NCBI GenBank assembly: GCA_027078545.1
Contig: JALWXN010000004.1
Location: 576,001-640,000, forward strand
Origin: Nitrososphaeria archaeon
GTDB lineage: Archaea; Thermoproteota; Nitrososphaeria; Geothermarchaeales; JDFR-13
Reading direction: 5' to 3'
Length of the DNA: 64,000 nucleotides
Shown here piece after piece: positions 18,543 through 27,939 of this stretch. The number at the start of each line of letters is the position of its first letter. Within the stretch, counting starts at the first letter, position 1. The position numbers and the translations under genes were made by a program. Below the pieces are notes generated by a model. It was not told the DNA's origin and searched no databases. It was given only the letters and a program-made list of their open reading frames with translations.

Positions 18543-19109
18543 CTACACCACCGGGAAGACGTCGAGCTTACCCCCCTCCATATAACCCCTATAGTCATAC
18601 CTCGTCCCATCATCAGGCTCTCTAGAGGTTGTTATGAGTGTAGCCCCAGCCTCCTCGAGATAGCTGTTTAACAGTCTCCTGGAGCCACTGTCTAGGTCCT
18701 CCACACCATCTATAATCACTAGGCCGGGCCTCTTCATCAGCTGTAGCCTTAGAAGAATGTTCTTATCTAGTTCTCCAGCGTTGCCTGTCCCACCTATCTC
18801 TAGGCCGTGTAGGGAGCTGTATAGAGATATGTATATCCCTGGATCCATCTTACCAGCTATCCTCTGGGGTATGAAACATGTTCTCCGTAGGATCTCCGAC
18901 CTATGGTTCAAGGGATCCATACCGCCTATCTGGACTATCCCAGCATCCCTTACAACTATGTCGACCAGGCTTAGTAGGAGGACGGTCTTGCCTGAGCCGG
19001 GTGGGCCATAGATGTTTATCCTCTCACCACTCCTAAGCCTTATGGTCGCCCCCCTCACCACCTCCTTCCCCGCCAACCACTTCCTCAGCCTCTCCACCCT
19101 TACCTCCAC
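18543..19109 (-). CDS. short, degenerate ABC ATPase-like protein
   Basis: Walker A GPPGSGKT, Q-loop FIPQ, degenerate Walker B LVIIDG; no LSGGQ. Confidence 0.7.
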   Translation of the reverse strand: MEVRVERLRKWLAGKEVVRGATIRLRSGERINIYGPPGSGKTVLLLSLVDIVVRDAGIVQIGGMDPLNHRSEILRRTCFIPQRIAGKMDPGIYISLYSSLHGLEIGGTGNAGELDKNILLRLQLMKRPGLVIIDGVEDLDSGSRRLLNSYLEEAGATLITTSREPDDGTRYDYRGYMEGGKLDVFPVV

Positions 19110-20049
19110 CGCGGTCCACCACTGAGAGGATTATCGATCCGAGTAGGATCGTCATGACGATTGCTATTGAAAGTGTTGTCTCGATCTTGTAAATATTTAG
19201 TCCGTTCAGGATCATCTTCGCACCTAGATATGTCAGTATGATGGAGAGCCCCTTACCGACATACTTGAAGTGGAGGACTGTTAGGGATACTAGTGAGTAT
19301 AGAGCCCTAAGCCCGAGGACGGCCGAGATGTTTGAGGTGTATGCTATGAGGAAGTCGGTAGTTATGGCTAGGACCGCGGGGACACTGTCTACAGCGAATA
19401 TTATGTCGGTGGTCTCGATGGCTATCAAGACTAGAACTAGGGGTGTGAGGTATAGCTTCCCATTCTTCCTCACTATGAACTTGTATCCCTCATACCCCTC
19501 GTAGATGGGTAGGTACTTCCTAGCCAGCCTGATTATCGGGTTCTTCTCAGGCTCAACCTTCATCTCATGGCTCCTGAGCAGTTTATACCCGCTGTAGAAG
19601 AGTATCAGGCCGAATATCACGACTGTGAAGTGGTACTGCTCGATGAGGACAATGCCTCCATATATGAATAGGGCTCTGAAGATGACCGCCGTTATTATAC
19701 CTACATAGAGGACGACTGGCTGGACATTCTCAGGGACAGAGAAGTAGCTGAATATGATTGCGAAGACGAAGAGGTTATCCATGCTCAGCATCTTCTCGAT
19801 TAGGAATGCTGCGTAGTATAGCCCGGCCTCTACAGGCCCCATCAACCAGAATATGACGCCTCCCCAGGCCACACCCACCCCTATCCATATAATGGTCCAG
19901 AGGGTGGCCTCCCTAAATGTGAGCTCCTCCCTATGGGTTGCGGAGTATAGGTCTATAATGATGAAGATCGCGACTACGAGGTGATACACTATCCAAAACT
20001 CGAGGGTGACCCACTCGGGGAGGCTTGCACTCCCATTGGTTACAGCCAT
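19033..20049 (-). CDS. TerC/Alx family metal (Mn2+) homeostasis membrane protein
   Basis: EKMLSMDNLFVF, IETTDIIFAVDSVPA, SN..AVLGLRALY. Confidence 0.92.
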   Translation of the reverse strand: MAVTNGSASLPEWVTLEFWIVYHLVVAIFIIIDLYSATHREELTFREATLWTIIWIGVGVAWGGVIFWLMGPVEAGLYYAAFLIEKMLSMDNLFVFAIIFSYFSVPENVQPVVLYVGIITAVIFRALFIYGGIVLIEQYHFTVVIFGLILFYSGYKLLRSHEMKVEPEKNPIIRLARKYLPIYEGYEGYKFIVRKNGKLYLTPLVLVLIAIETTDIIFAVDSVPAVLAITTDFLIAYTSNISAVLGLRALYSLVSLTVLHFKYVGKGLSIILTYLGAKMILNGLNIYKIETTLSIAIVMTILLGSIILSVVDRGGGKGGEAEEVVGGEGGGEGGDHKA

Positions 20050-20235
20050 ATCTATACACCCACGTCTCGGATTTACTCTGAATTAAGGAGGCCCCACGAT
20101 TTAAAGCGATGGAATATAGCTGGGTATGTCAATATTGAAGGGCTTCCTGAGGATACACAATCTACGCATATTCGGAGAATATGTATATAATATATCCCTG
20201 ACACTTTACAGGGGTGTCAACCCTATAGACTGGGC

Positions 20236-22374
20236 ATGAATAAACGTTCCCTATACATAGCTTTTGCAGTATCCCTCCTGGTTCTGCTCTGGGTATCTCC
20301 CACCTTTACTAGCGATGTCTCCGCCTTTACTTGTAATGTGCCAACAGGTGTTCCCGACGTATCTACCGCCCTCTCCCTTGGCTGCAACGAGATAATCTTT
20401 ACCGGTGATGTGGTGGATACTGGTCAGGCTACAGTCACGGGGGTGGGGATTGGCTTCACAGATATAATTTTAAGGGGTAATGGTCATAGCCTCGTCATAA
20501 CACCCTTCTCGCCTCCATACATCTCTCTCCAGGATATATCCAGCCTGAGGATCTATAACCTAGATATCCAGATAAGACTGGGTAGTGGAACGATCTTCGA
20601 CTTGGTGAACACCAGCCTCTATCTAGCCAACGTATCGATCTCCTCCACACTCACTGGTACAGTCTTCAGCCAGACCACGTACAATGTATCGGCATACCTC
20701 TCCAATGTTAACGCCTCAAACATGGGGAGCTACTCAACCTTCCTATATCAATACTCATTCCCCCCAGTATCTGGTCCGAGGATACATAGTAACACCATTG
20801 GGTCTAGGATCAACATATCGGGGTATAGCTACGCGCTCTCCTCCCTAATAATGGGCAACTATTCACTGGAGAATGTCTGGACTGATGGTGCGACTATTCT
20901 ACAGCCATATATCATGGATTCTCCAAGTGGGATGGTGTCTATCGAGAACTATAACGCGTCGTTAGACCCCTCTAGCCCGGTTCTATATCCATTAAGTATT
21001 AATCAGGCCGGGAATACGGGATCTCTGGCAATTGATATTGAGAACCTAAGTATAGTTGGCCCCTTCCAAGATGGCTTATCCATAATGTTCAGAAACCGTG
21101 ATGCGACAAACATCAGCCTCTTCAGAGCCGTTATTTCAAATCCTGCGTTGTCTGGTCAGAACGGGATATACATCTTCAACATGAGGGGTACTGGAACACA
21201 TGGCCCTGTAAGAATGAATATCTCCAGCGTCTATGTATCGGGAGTTGAATATGGAGTGGCGATGGGTAATGTTGTCACCTTCCCCACACCTCTCGGCCCT
21301 ATAGAGGAGGCTTACTACTACCTGGACAACTCGACTATCGAGGCGTCTTTGGTCGGCGTGATTCTAACCACAACTCTTAATAGTGAGGCTTATGCATTGA
21401 TAAGGGACACTGTTGTAGAATCCGGGGGGTATGGAATAATCTATTACACACTTGATGAGGCCTCCATAAGGATCGTCGATACAAACACATCCTCGGTTCT
21501 GGAGGGTCTCTACCTATTCCTCATAAATTATGACCCAACAACACCCCGTATCGATCTCGAGACTATGTGGTGGTTTGATGAGAGGCTTTCGAGCTATCCA
21601 TACTCCTTCTCTATTGTGGAGTATCCCTTCTACGACGGCTCGCCCAGCGTATTCTTCAACATATCCTATAGCTTGATTGATCGGTTCGACGCCTCGATGG
21701 GTAGTGGCGTCCTCTACGAGACGGTTTATAATCCGTATGGTAGCCTGGGTAGCCCTAGGAGTATATGGACGTTGAACGTCCAGGTTCTGAGCAGCTATAC
21801 GGGTCTGCCGGTCTCAGGGCTCAGGATCGACTACTGGGAGGACGGTGTATACGTCGGCTCAGCCTTTACAGGTGGTGATGGGAACTCATACTTCACCTTC
21901 GACTATATATTCGACCCTGCTGACCCCTTCATCCAGGACCTGGTATTCACGATATCCACTTCATACTTTAGCGGGTCGTGGAGCTATAGGCTCGACTTCG
22001 GGATATTGACCACCCTACCGAGCTGGTATGACAAGATCATCCTCTACCTACCCATACTTGCGATCAAGGCCTACGGCATGCTAGACCATATACCAGCTGT
22101 TATGACGGTTATGGGTGATAGTGGGGTCATCCTCCTATTCGCCGACTCTGGGAGTATGATACGCTTCCTCTTCGGGGATAGGGATGTCCCATACAAGCTG
22201 GTACGCGTCAGGATCCTCGACATGACTAACTATGGCATCTATATCGTGGCAGAGGCGGTACTTGAGAACCACCTCCCATGGAGCCAGCCTGTGAGGATGT
22301 GGATACTTCCGGGCCAGGGGATCCTTAGGATTCATGGCCCAGCCGACGCTATATTCTACCTGGTAGGCCGCTGA
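20236..22374 (+). CDS. large secreted Ser/Thr/Asn-rich protein, probable right-handed beta-helix plus Ig-like domain
   Basis: signal peptide; repeated I.N..I strands, many NxS/T sequons; LNVQV..TGLPVSG...FTGGDG Ig-like module. Confidence 0.65.
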   Translation: MNKRSLYIAFAVSLLVLLWVSPTFTSDVSAFTCNVPTGVPDVSTALSLGCNEIIFTGDVVDTGQATVTGVGIGFTDIILRGNGHSLVITPFSPPYISLQDISSLRIYNLDIQIRLGSGTIFDLVNTSLYLANVSISSTLTGTVFSQTTYNVSAYLSNVNASNMGSYSTFLYQYSFPPVSGPRIHSNTIGSRINISGYSYALSSLIMGNYSLENVWTDGATILQPYIMDSPSGMVSIENYNASLDPSSPVLYPLSINQAGNTGSLAIDIENLSIVGPFQDGLSIMFRNRDATNISLFRAVISNPALSGQNGIYIFNMRGTGTHGPVRMNISSVYVSGVEYGVAMGNVVTFPTPLGPIEEAYYYLDNSTIEASLVGVILTTTLNSEAYALIRDTVVESGGYGIIYYTLDEASIRIVDTNTSSVLEGLYLFLINYDPTTPRIDLETMWWFDERLSSYPYSFSIVEYPFYDGSPSVFFNISYSLIDRFDASMGSGVLYETVYNPYGSLGSPRSIWTLNVQVLSSYTGLPVSGLRIDYWEDGVYVGSAFTGGDGNSYFTFDYIFDPADPFIQDLVFTISTSYFSGSWSYRLDFGILTTLPSWYDKIILYLPILAIKAYGMLDHIPAVMTVMGDSGVILLFADSGSMIRFLFGDRDVPYKLVRVRILDMTNYGIYIVAEAVLENHLPWSQPVRMWILPGQGILRIHGPADAIFYLVGR

Positions 22375-22403
22375 ATTATTTTGGAAGGGCTCTATAGAAT
22401 CTA

Positions 22404-22466
22404 GTGGTGATGATGAGGCGGTGGCTGCTGGACACTGGATGAAGAGATGAAGCGACTCTGAACCGC
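22404..22466 (+). ncRNA. box C/D methylation guide sRNA
   Basis: stem GTGGT/ACCGC; C ATGATGA 22410-22416; D' TGGA 22429-22432; C' ATGAAGA 22439-22445; D CTGA 22458-22461; two 12-nt guides. Confidence 0.75.
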
Positions 22467-22593
22467 CTTTCCACTTATCAAGTTAGCAATATAAGAACCT
22501 GACTATTGACAGGCCAATCTGGGTAACAACTTAAATTATAAGTATATAGGATTATTAATCGATGAAGAAGTTACTTAAGGGGGTGACTAAGCT

Positions 22594-23133
22594 GTGAACG
22601 CTAAGGTAATAGCAGGAGTGGTAGTGGGAGTACTAGCTGTCGCGATAATCCTCATAGGAATGATGCCGCAGGAAGGGAGAACAGTTGAAGTTGAACTGGG
22701 AGACTTCATCTTCATCTTCAAAGATGTCGAGGAGCCGCTGAGGGTAAAGGCTGGCGAGAGTGTGACCTTCAAAATAACTAACAGAGGCGGATTTACGCAC
22801 GAGTTCATGGTTGTGTCAGAAGACATGAAAAACATTATGTTTATGAGGGCCCAGGAACTGTTCCAGGAGCTGATGGATCAGGGTCTTGAGGGAGAGGAAT
22901 TGATAGAAACATTTGAGAAAGAGTTCGCACACCGAGAGGAGGCTTCAGAGGCGGGTGCTGCCGGTATGCTTGGCGAAGCGGTTCTTGAGCCTGGGGAGTC
23001 CACAGAACTAACAATAATGTTTGAGAAGCCAGGGACATATTACGTGGTTTGTTTTGAGGTTGAGGGGACCGGACAGGCTGGAAAGACGCATGCGGATCAG
23101 GGCATGATATTCAAAATTGTTGTTGAGGAGTAG
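22594..23133 (+). CDS. membrane-anchored type-1 copper protein (cupredoxin)
   Basis: N-terminal TM; N.G...HEF; PGTYYVVC-x12-H-x4-M ligands. Confidence 0.85.
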   Translation: MNAKVIAGVVVGVLAVAIILIGMMPQEGRTVEVELGDFIFIFKDVEEPLRVKAGESVTFKITNRGGFTHEFMVVSEDMKNIMFMRAQELFQELMDQGLEGEELIETFEKEFAHREEASEAGAAGMLGEAVLEPGESTELTIMFEKPGTYYVVCFEVEGTGQAGKTHADQGMIFKIVVEE

Positions 23134-23218
23134 GATAGGATCTAGCGACTTGGAATAACACCCTTCTTTTTTATCAAATCCTGACTTATATCGAGAGGCG
23201 AAGTATTTATCTACTGCA

Positions 23219-24355
23219 ATGTCTCTCCTGGGTAGGGTCGATATCGATCCTGAGAAACTTGAGAAAGCGACAGGCCTATACAGGGTTATTGATGAGGAGG
23301 GTAGGGTTGTAGGCGAGTTCCCTGATATTGGGGAGGAGGTTCTTAGGGATCTCCTACACTACATGATTAGGGCTCGTGTCCTCGATGAGTGGCTCCTCAG
23401 GCTCCAGAGGATGGGTAAGGTGGCTATACACGCCCCGAACAAGGGGCAGGAGGCTATCGTTGGGGCTGTATACCCGTTGAGGCCTGAGGACTGGGTCTTC
23501 CCCAGCTACCGAGACCTAGGCGTATACCTCGTGAGGGGGATGTCTGAGGAGGAGATCCTAGACAGGGCTCTTTATAACAGGGATGACCCCCTCAGAGGTA
23601 GTGACTTCGCGATATATGGGCATAGGAAGTATAACATGATCCCTACACCCGTCCCCGTGGGTAACCAGATCCCCCACGCTGTGGGGGCTGCCTATGCAAT
23701 GAAGTATAGGGGGCTGGACACCATCACGATGGTCATGTTTGGGGATGGGGCCACATCCCGCGGAGACTTCCACGCCGGCCTAAACTTTGCAGGTGTCTTC
23801 AAGACACCAACCGTCTTCGTATGTGAGAATAATCAGTGGGCGATCTCGGTACCGCTTAGGAGGCAGACTAGGGCCCCGACAATCGCCTTCAGGGCCCTCT
23901 CGTACGGGGTCGACGCTATCCGTGTCGATGGTAACGATGTGGTGGCTATGTATAAGACAGCTATAGACGCGATTACCCAGGCCCGTAGGGGGGAGCCCTT
24001 CTTCATAGAGATGGTGACGTATAGGCTTGGGAGCCACACCACGGCTGACGATCCCACGAGGTATAGGAGTGAGGAGGAGGTTAGGAGGATGGAGAGGTAT
24101 GAGCCCCTCAGGAGGCTGAGGAAGTATATGGAGGAGCATGGATACCTGAGGGAGGGTGAGTATGACGAGATCTATAAGATGTATTATGACCATGTGGAGA
24201 AGGCCGCCCGTGAGGCGTTGGAGAAGCCCCCGCTCCCCGAGGACGTCTTCTTCGAAAATGTGTATGGAGACAGGGTATGGGTCTTGGAGCTGGAGAAGGA
24301 GGAGTTCTACGAGAGTCTCAGGATAATGAAGGAGCTAGGCCTGGAGGTGGAGTAG
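23219..24355 (+). CDS. pdhA: 2-oxoacid dehydrogenase E1 alpha
   Basis: GQEA, GDGATS...ENNQWAIS TPP motif, HTTADD. Confidence 0.93.
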   Translation: MSLLGRVDIDPEKLEKATGLYRVIDEEGRVVGEFPDIGEEVLRDLLHYMIRARVLDEWLLRLQRMGKVAIHAPNKGQEAIVGAVYPLRPEDWVFPSYRDLGVYLVRGMSEEEILDRALYNRDDPLRGSDFAIYGHRKYNMIPTPVPVGNQIPHAVGAAYAMKYRGLDTITMVMFGDGATSRGDFHAGLNFAGVFKTPTVFVCENNQWAISVPLRRQTRAPTIAFRALSYGVDAIRVDGNDVVAMYKTAIDAITQARRGEPFFIEMVTYRLGSHTTADDPTRYRSEEEVRRMERYEPLRRLRKYMEEHGYLREGEYDEIYKMYYDHVEKAAREALEKPPLPEDVFFENVYGDRVWVLELEKEEFYESLRIMKELGLEVE

Positions 24356-24356
24356 G

Positions 24357-25334
24357 ATGCCCGTAATGAATATGGTCCAGGCCCTCAACACGGCCCTCCG
24401 TGAGGAGATGGAGAGGGACGACTCCGTCGTCGTCCTAGGCGAGGATGTAGGTAGGAGGGGCGGTGTATTCCTCGTAACGGAGGGCTTGATAGACATCTTC
24501 GGTGAGGAGAGGGTTATAGACACCCCTCTAACCGAGCTTGGTATAGTGGGCTTCGCTATTGGGATGGCGCTCAACGGGCTTAGACCAGTGGCTGAGATCC
24601 AGTTCATAGACTTTGTGTATGAGGCCTTCGACCAGATCGTGAGTAACGCAGCGAAGATAAGGTTTAGGACTGGCGGGATGTATAACGTCCCACTGGTGAT
24701 TAGGAGCCCCTGCTGCGGCGGCATCAAGGGTGGTATGCATCATAGCCAGAGCCCCGAGTCCTACTTCATACATACAGCCGGTCTATACACGGTTATGCCG
24801 AGCGGGCCGTACGACGCCAAGGGGCTCCTGAAGACTAGTATCAGGGTAGATGACCCCGTCATCTTCCTAGAGCCCAAGTCTATATACCGGACTGTTAAGG
24901 AGGAGGTGCCGGAGGAGGACTACACCATAGAGCTTGGGAGGGCTAAGAAGGTGTTGGAGGGTGGAGACGTAACCGTCGTAACCTGGGGAGCCATGGTACA
25001 CATGGTGAAGTCGGCCGCCGGCCTCATAAAGGAGAGGCTGGGGGCTGAGATAGAGGTCATCGATCTCAGGACACTCTTCCCCTTCGACAAGGACATGATC
25101 ATCGAGAGCCTGGAGAAGACTGGTAGGCTGATAGTCGTCCACGAGGCCCCGAAGACACTGGGGCTGGGGGCAGAGATAGCGGCCTTCATAGCTGAGCATC
25201 ACCCAGAGCTCCTCTACGGCCCAATCATAAGGGTCACCGGATACGACACGCCGTTCCCACTGGCCCATGAGAAGCTCTATATGCCCAACATAGCCAGGCT
25301 CTACCTGGCTGTGAAGAAGGTCCTAGAGTATTGA
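24357..25334 (+). CDS. pdhB: 2-oxoacid dehydrogenase E1 beta
   Basis: GEDVG..GGVF, DTPLTE, AEIQF.DF, HHSQS. Confidence 0.93.
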   Translation: MPVMNMVQALNTALREEMERDDSVVVLGEDVGRRGGVFLVTEGLIDIFGEERVIDTPLTELGIVGFAIGMALNGLRPVAEIQFIDFVYEAFDQIVSNAAKIRFRTGGMYNVPLVIRSPCCGGIKGGMHHSQSPESYFIHTAGLYTVMPSGPYDAKGLLKTSIRVDDPVIFLEPKSIYRTVKEEVPEEDYTIELGRAKKVLEGGDVTVVTWGAMVHMVKSAAGLIKERLGAEIEVIDLRTLFPFDKDMIIESLEKTGRLIVVHEAPKTLGLGAEIAAFIAEHHPELLYGPIIRVTGYDTPFPLAHEKLYMPNIARLYLAVKKVLEY

Positions 25335-25344
25335 GGTGGTCGTG

Positions 25345-26568
25345 ATGTCGAGGGTTACATTCAAACTACCGGATATTGGTGAGGGTGTGGCGGAGGGAGA
25401 GATAATCAGGTGGCTGGTCAAGGAGGGGGATGAGGTTAGGCAGTTCCAGCCGATTGTGGAGGTCTTGACAGCCAAGGCGAAGGTAGAGATACCATCCCCC
25501 TACGACGGGAGGATCGTCAAGATACTGGCGAAGGAGGGTGATGTCGTCCCGGTGGGGAGTCCCCTGGTCGAGATAGAGGTGGCTGGGAAGCCAGTCGATG
25601 GTGAGGAGGTGGCTGTTGAGGCTGGTGGAGAGACTGGAGAGACCACTACCCAGGAGCAGCCTGTAGAGGTGGAGATGCCTAGGGAGGAAACTAGAGTAAG
25701 AGCCCCGCCAGGCGTGAGGCTCCTTGCTAAGAGGCTGGGTGTAGACCTCTCTAGGGTCAGGCCGACCGGGCCTAGGGGTATAGTCACGAGGAGGGATGTC
25801 GAGGCAGCGGCTAGGGAGGAGGTCGTCAAGCCCGTGGAAGCCGTTGCGAAGCCTACGGAGCAGGTTGAGAAGCCTGTGGAGAGGATACGTATACATGGCA
25901 TAAGGAGGTTCATGTACACCACGATGACGAAGGCTAAGCAGACGATCCCCCACGCCTACCTTATAGAGGAGGTTGACGTGACCAGGCTCTGGGAGCTGAG
26001 GGAGAGGCTTAAGGGCTACGCGGCTGAGAAGGGGGTGAAGCTCACGATAACACCATTCATAGTAAAGGCGGTTACTATGGCTCTGAAGGAGTATCCCCTC
26101 CTGAACGCATCGATAGATGAGGAGAGGATGGAGATCATTGTGAAGAAGTATTACAACATCGGGATAGCGGTTGACAGTCCAGAGGGCCTCGTAGTGCCAA
26201 ACATCAAGGACGCGGATAAGAAGTCTATCCTCGAGCTGGCCAGGGAGATTAGGATGCTCGCCGATAAGGCTAGGAAGATGGAGCTCTCGCTGGAGGAGGT
26301 CCAGGACGGAACATTCTCGATAACCAATATAGGGGCGATAGGCTCGATAGCTGGGATGGCTGTTATAAACCCTCCCGAGGTGGCTATACTCGGTGTACAT
26401 AGGACCTTCGAGAGGCCGGCCCTGGTAGATGGCCAGCTGGTAAACAGGAAATACATGTATATCTCGATAAGCTTCGACCATAGGATCCTCGAGGGGGCAT
26501 ACGTGACACGCTTCCTCATGAGGCTTAAGGAGATACTTGAGAACCCGGAGCTACTACTCCTCGAGTAG
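25345..26568 (+). CDS. pdhC: dihydrolipoamide acyltransferase E2 (one lipoyl domain)
   Basis: LPDIGEG lipoyl domain with TAKA, PSBD (TGPRG), DHRILEG. Confidence 0.93.
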   Translation: MSRVTFKLPDIGEGVAEGEIIRWLVKEGDEVRQFQPIVEVLTAKAKVEIPSPYDGRIVKILAKEGDVVPVGSPLVEIEVAGKPVDGEEVAVEAGGETGETTTQEQPVEVEMPREETRVRAPPGVRLLAKRLGVDLSRVRPTGPRGIVTRRDVEAAAREEVVKPVEAVAKPTEQVEKPVERIRIHGIRRFMYTTMTKAKQTIPHAYLIEEVDVTRLWELRERLKGYAAEKGVKLTITPFIVKAVTMALKEYPLLNASIDEERMEIIVKKYYNIGIAVDSPEGLVVPNIKDADKKSILELAREIRMLADKARKMELSLEEVQDGTFSITNIGAIGSIAGMAVINPPEVAILGVHRTFERPALVDGQLVNRKYMYISISFDHRILEGAYVTRFLMRLKEILENPELLLLE

Positions 26569-26571
26569 GGG

Positions 26572-27939
26572 ATGTGGAACATGAGGTTCGACGTAGTAGT
26601 TGTTGGGGGTGGGCCCGGCGGCTACCCAGCGGCTATTAGGGCTGCCCAGATGGGTGCCAAAGTGGCCATCATAGAGAGGGATAGGTTTGGAGGGGAGTGT
26701 ACAAACTATGGATGTATACCTACCAAGGCCCTTCTAAAGGCTGCCAAGATCATAGAGGAGATGAGGAGCTACCCCTTCATCAAGGGCGGCGCCGAGGTGG
26801 ACTATGGAGAGCTGGCCAGGTGGGTTAGGAGGGTCTATACAAGGTCTTCCAGGGGTGTTGAATACCTCCTCAGGAGCTATGGAGTTGAGATGCTTAGGGG
26901 GGAGGCCAGGCCTAAGAATGGGAAGAGGCTCCTGGTTAACGGTGAGGAGGTGGAGGCGGGCTCGATAGTGATAGCGACTGGCTCAGAGCCTGTAGACATA
27001 CCTGGATACGAGGTCGACGGCCAGTATATCCATAACAATAGGACGGTGCTCGGCCTGGAGGAGCCCCCGGGGAGCATCCTGATAATCGGTGGTGGATACA
27101 TAGGTGTGGAGTATGCAACCGTCTTCTCAGCCCTTGGGAGCGAGGTATACATAGTCGAGCTCCTAGACAGGATCCTCCCCCAGATGGATCCCGATCTGGC
27201 CAGGGTGGTGGATAAAAAGCTCCGGGAGAGGGGTGTGAAGATCTATACAGGTGTGAGGGCGGGTGAGCCCCGGCGGGGGGATGGACACCTCAGGGTACCG
27301 CTCTCCAATGGTGAGGAGATAAGTGTGGAGAAGGTGTTGGTGGCTGTTGGTAGAAAACCTAATAGTGGCTTTGCCCGGGAGCTGGGTGTGGAGCTTGATG
27401 AGAGGGGCTTCGTTAAGGTTGATGATAGGATGGCTACGAGCCTGGAGGGTATATATGCATCTGGCGACGTGGCTGGTCAGCCTATGCTGGCCCATAAAGC
27501 CTTCGCCCAGGCCGTTGTGGCTGGTGAGAACGCCGCTGGTGGTGATGCATACTATGTGCAGAGATATGTCCCGGCCGTCGTCTATACTGATCCCGAGATA
27601 GTATCGGTCGGCCTCACCCTGGAGGAGGCGAGGGAGAAGGGCTTGGATGCGGAGGCAGAGGTATACCCGATAGGTGGTGTGGCCAAGGCCTTCATCGAGG
27701 GTGGGGCAGACGGTATAGTCAAGATAGTCTATAGTGGTGAGGAGATACTGGGTATCCATATAGCGGCTCCCCACGCCTCTGAACTGGCTGGCGAGGCTAC
27801 ATACCTCCTAGAGACCTCTGCATCGCTGGAGGACCTGGCGTTGACGATACATCCCCACCCAACAGTCTCGGAGGCGCTTAGGGAGGCGGCTGAGCATATA
27901 CTGGGTAGGCCTATACACTCAGTCCTAAAGAAGAAGTAG
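26572..27939 (+). CDS. lpdA: dihydrolipoamide dehydrogenase E3
   Basis: GGGPGG, GGECTNYGCIP, HPHPTVSE. Confidence 0.95.
   Translation: MWNMRFDVVVVGGGPGGYPAAIRAAQMGAKVAIIERDRFGGECTNYGCIPTKALLKAAKIIEEMRSYPFIKGGAEVDYGELARWVRRVYTRSSRGVEYLLRSYGVEMLRGEARPKNGKRLLVNGEEVEAGSIVIATGSEPVDIPGYEVDGQYIHNNRTVLGLEEPPGSILIIGGGYIGVEYATVFSALGSEVYIVELLDRILPQMDPDLARVVDKKLRERGVKIYTGVRAGEPRRGDGHLRVPLSNGEEISVEKVLVAVGRKPNSGFARELGVELDERGFVKVDDRMATSLEGIYASGDVAGQPMLAHKAFAQAVVAGENAAGGDAYYVQRYVPAVVYTDPEIVSVGLTLEEAREKGLDAEAEVYPIGGVAKAFIEGGADGIVKIVYSGEEILGIHIAAPHASELAGEATYLLETSASLEDLALTIHPHPTVSEALREAAEHILGRPIHSVLKKK

Noticed and set aside
20050-20235. Possible Mn-sensing yybP-ykoY riboswitch upstream of terC
   Set aside because: No matching conserved core or four-way junction found; a TATA-like box lies close to the start codon.
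25366-26481. 371-aa antisense ORF opposite E2
   Set aside because: Shadow frame of a well-conserved gene; Leu/His/Pro-rich composition typical of antisense to GAG/AGG/GTG-rich coding; no motifs.
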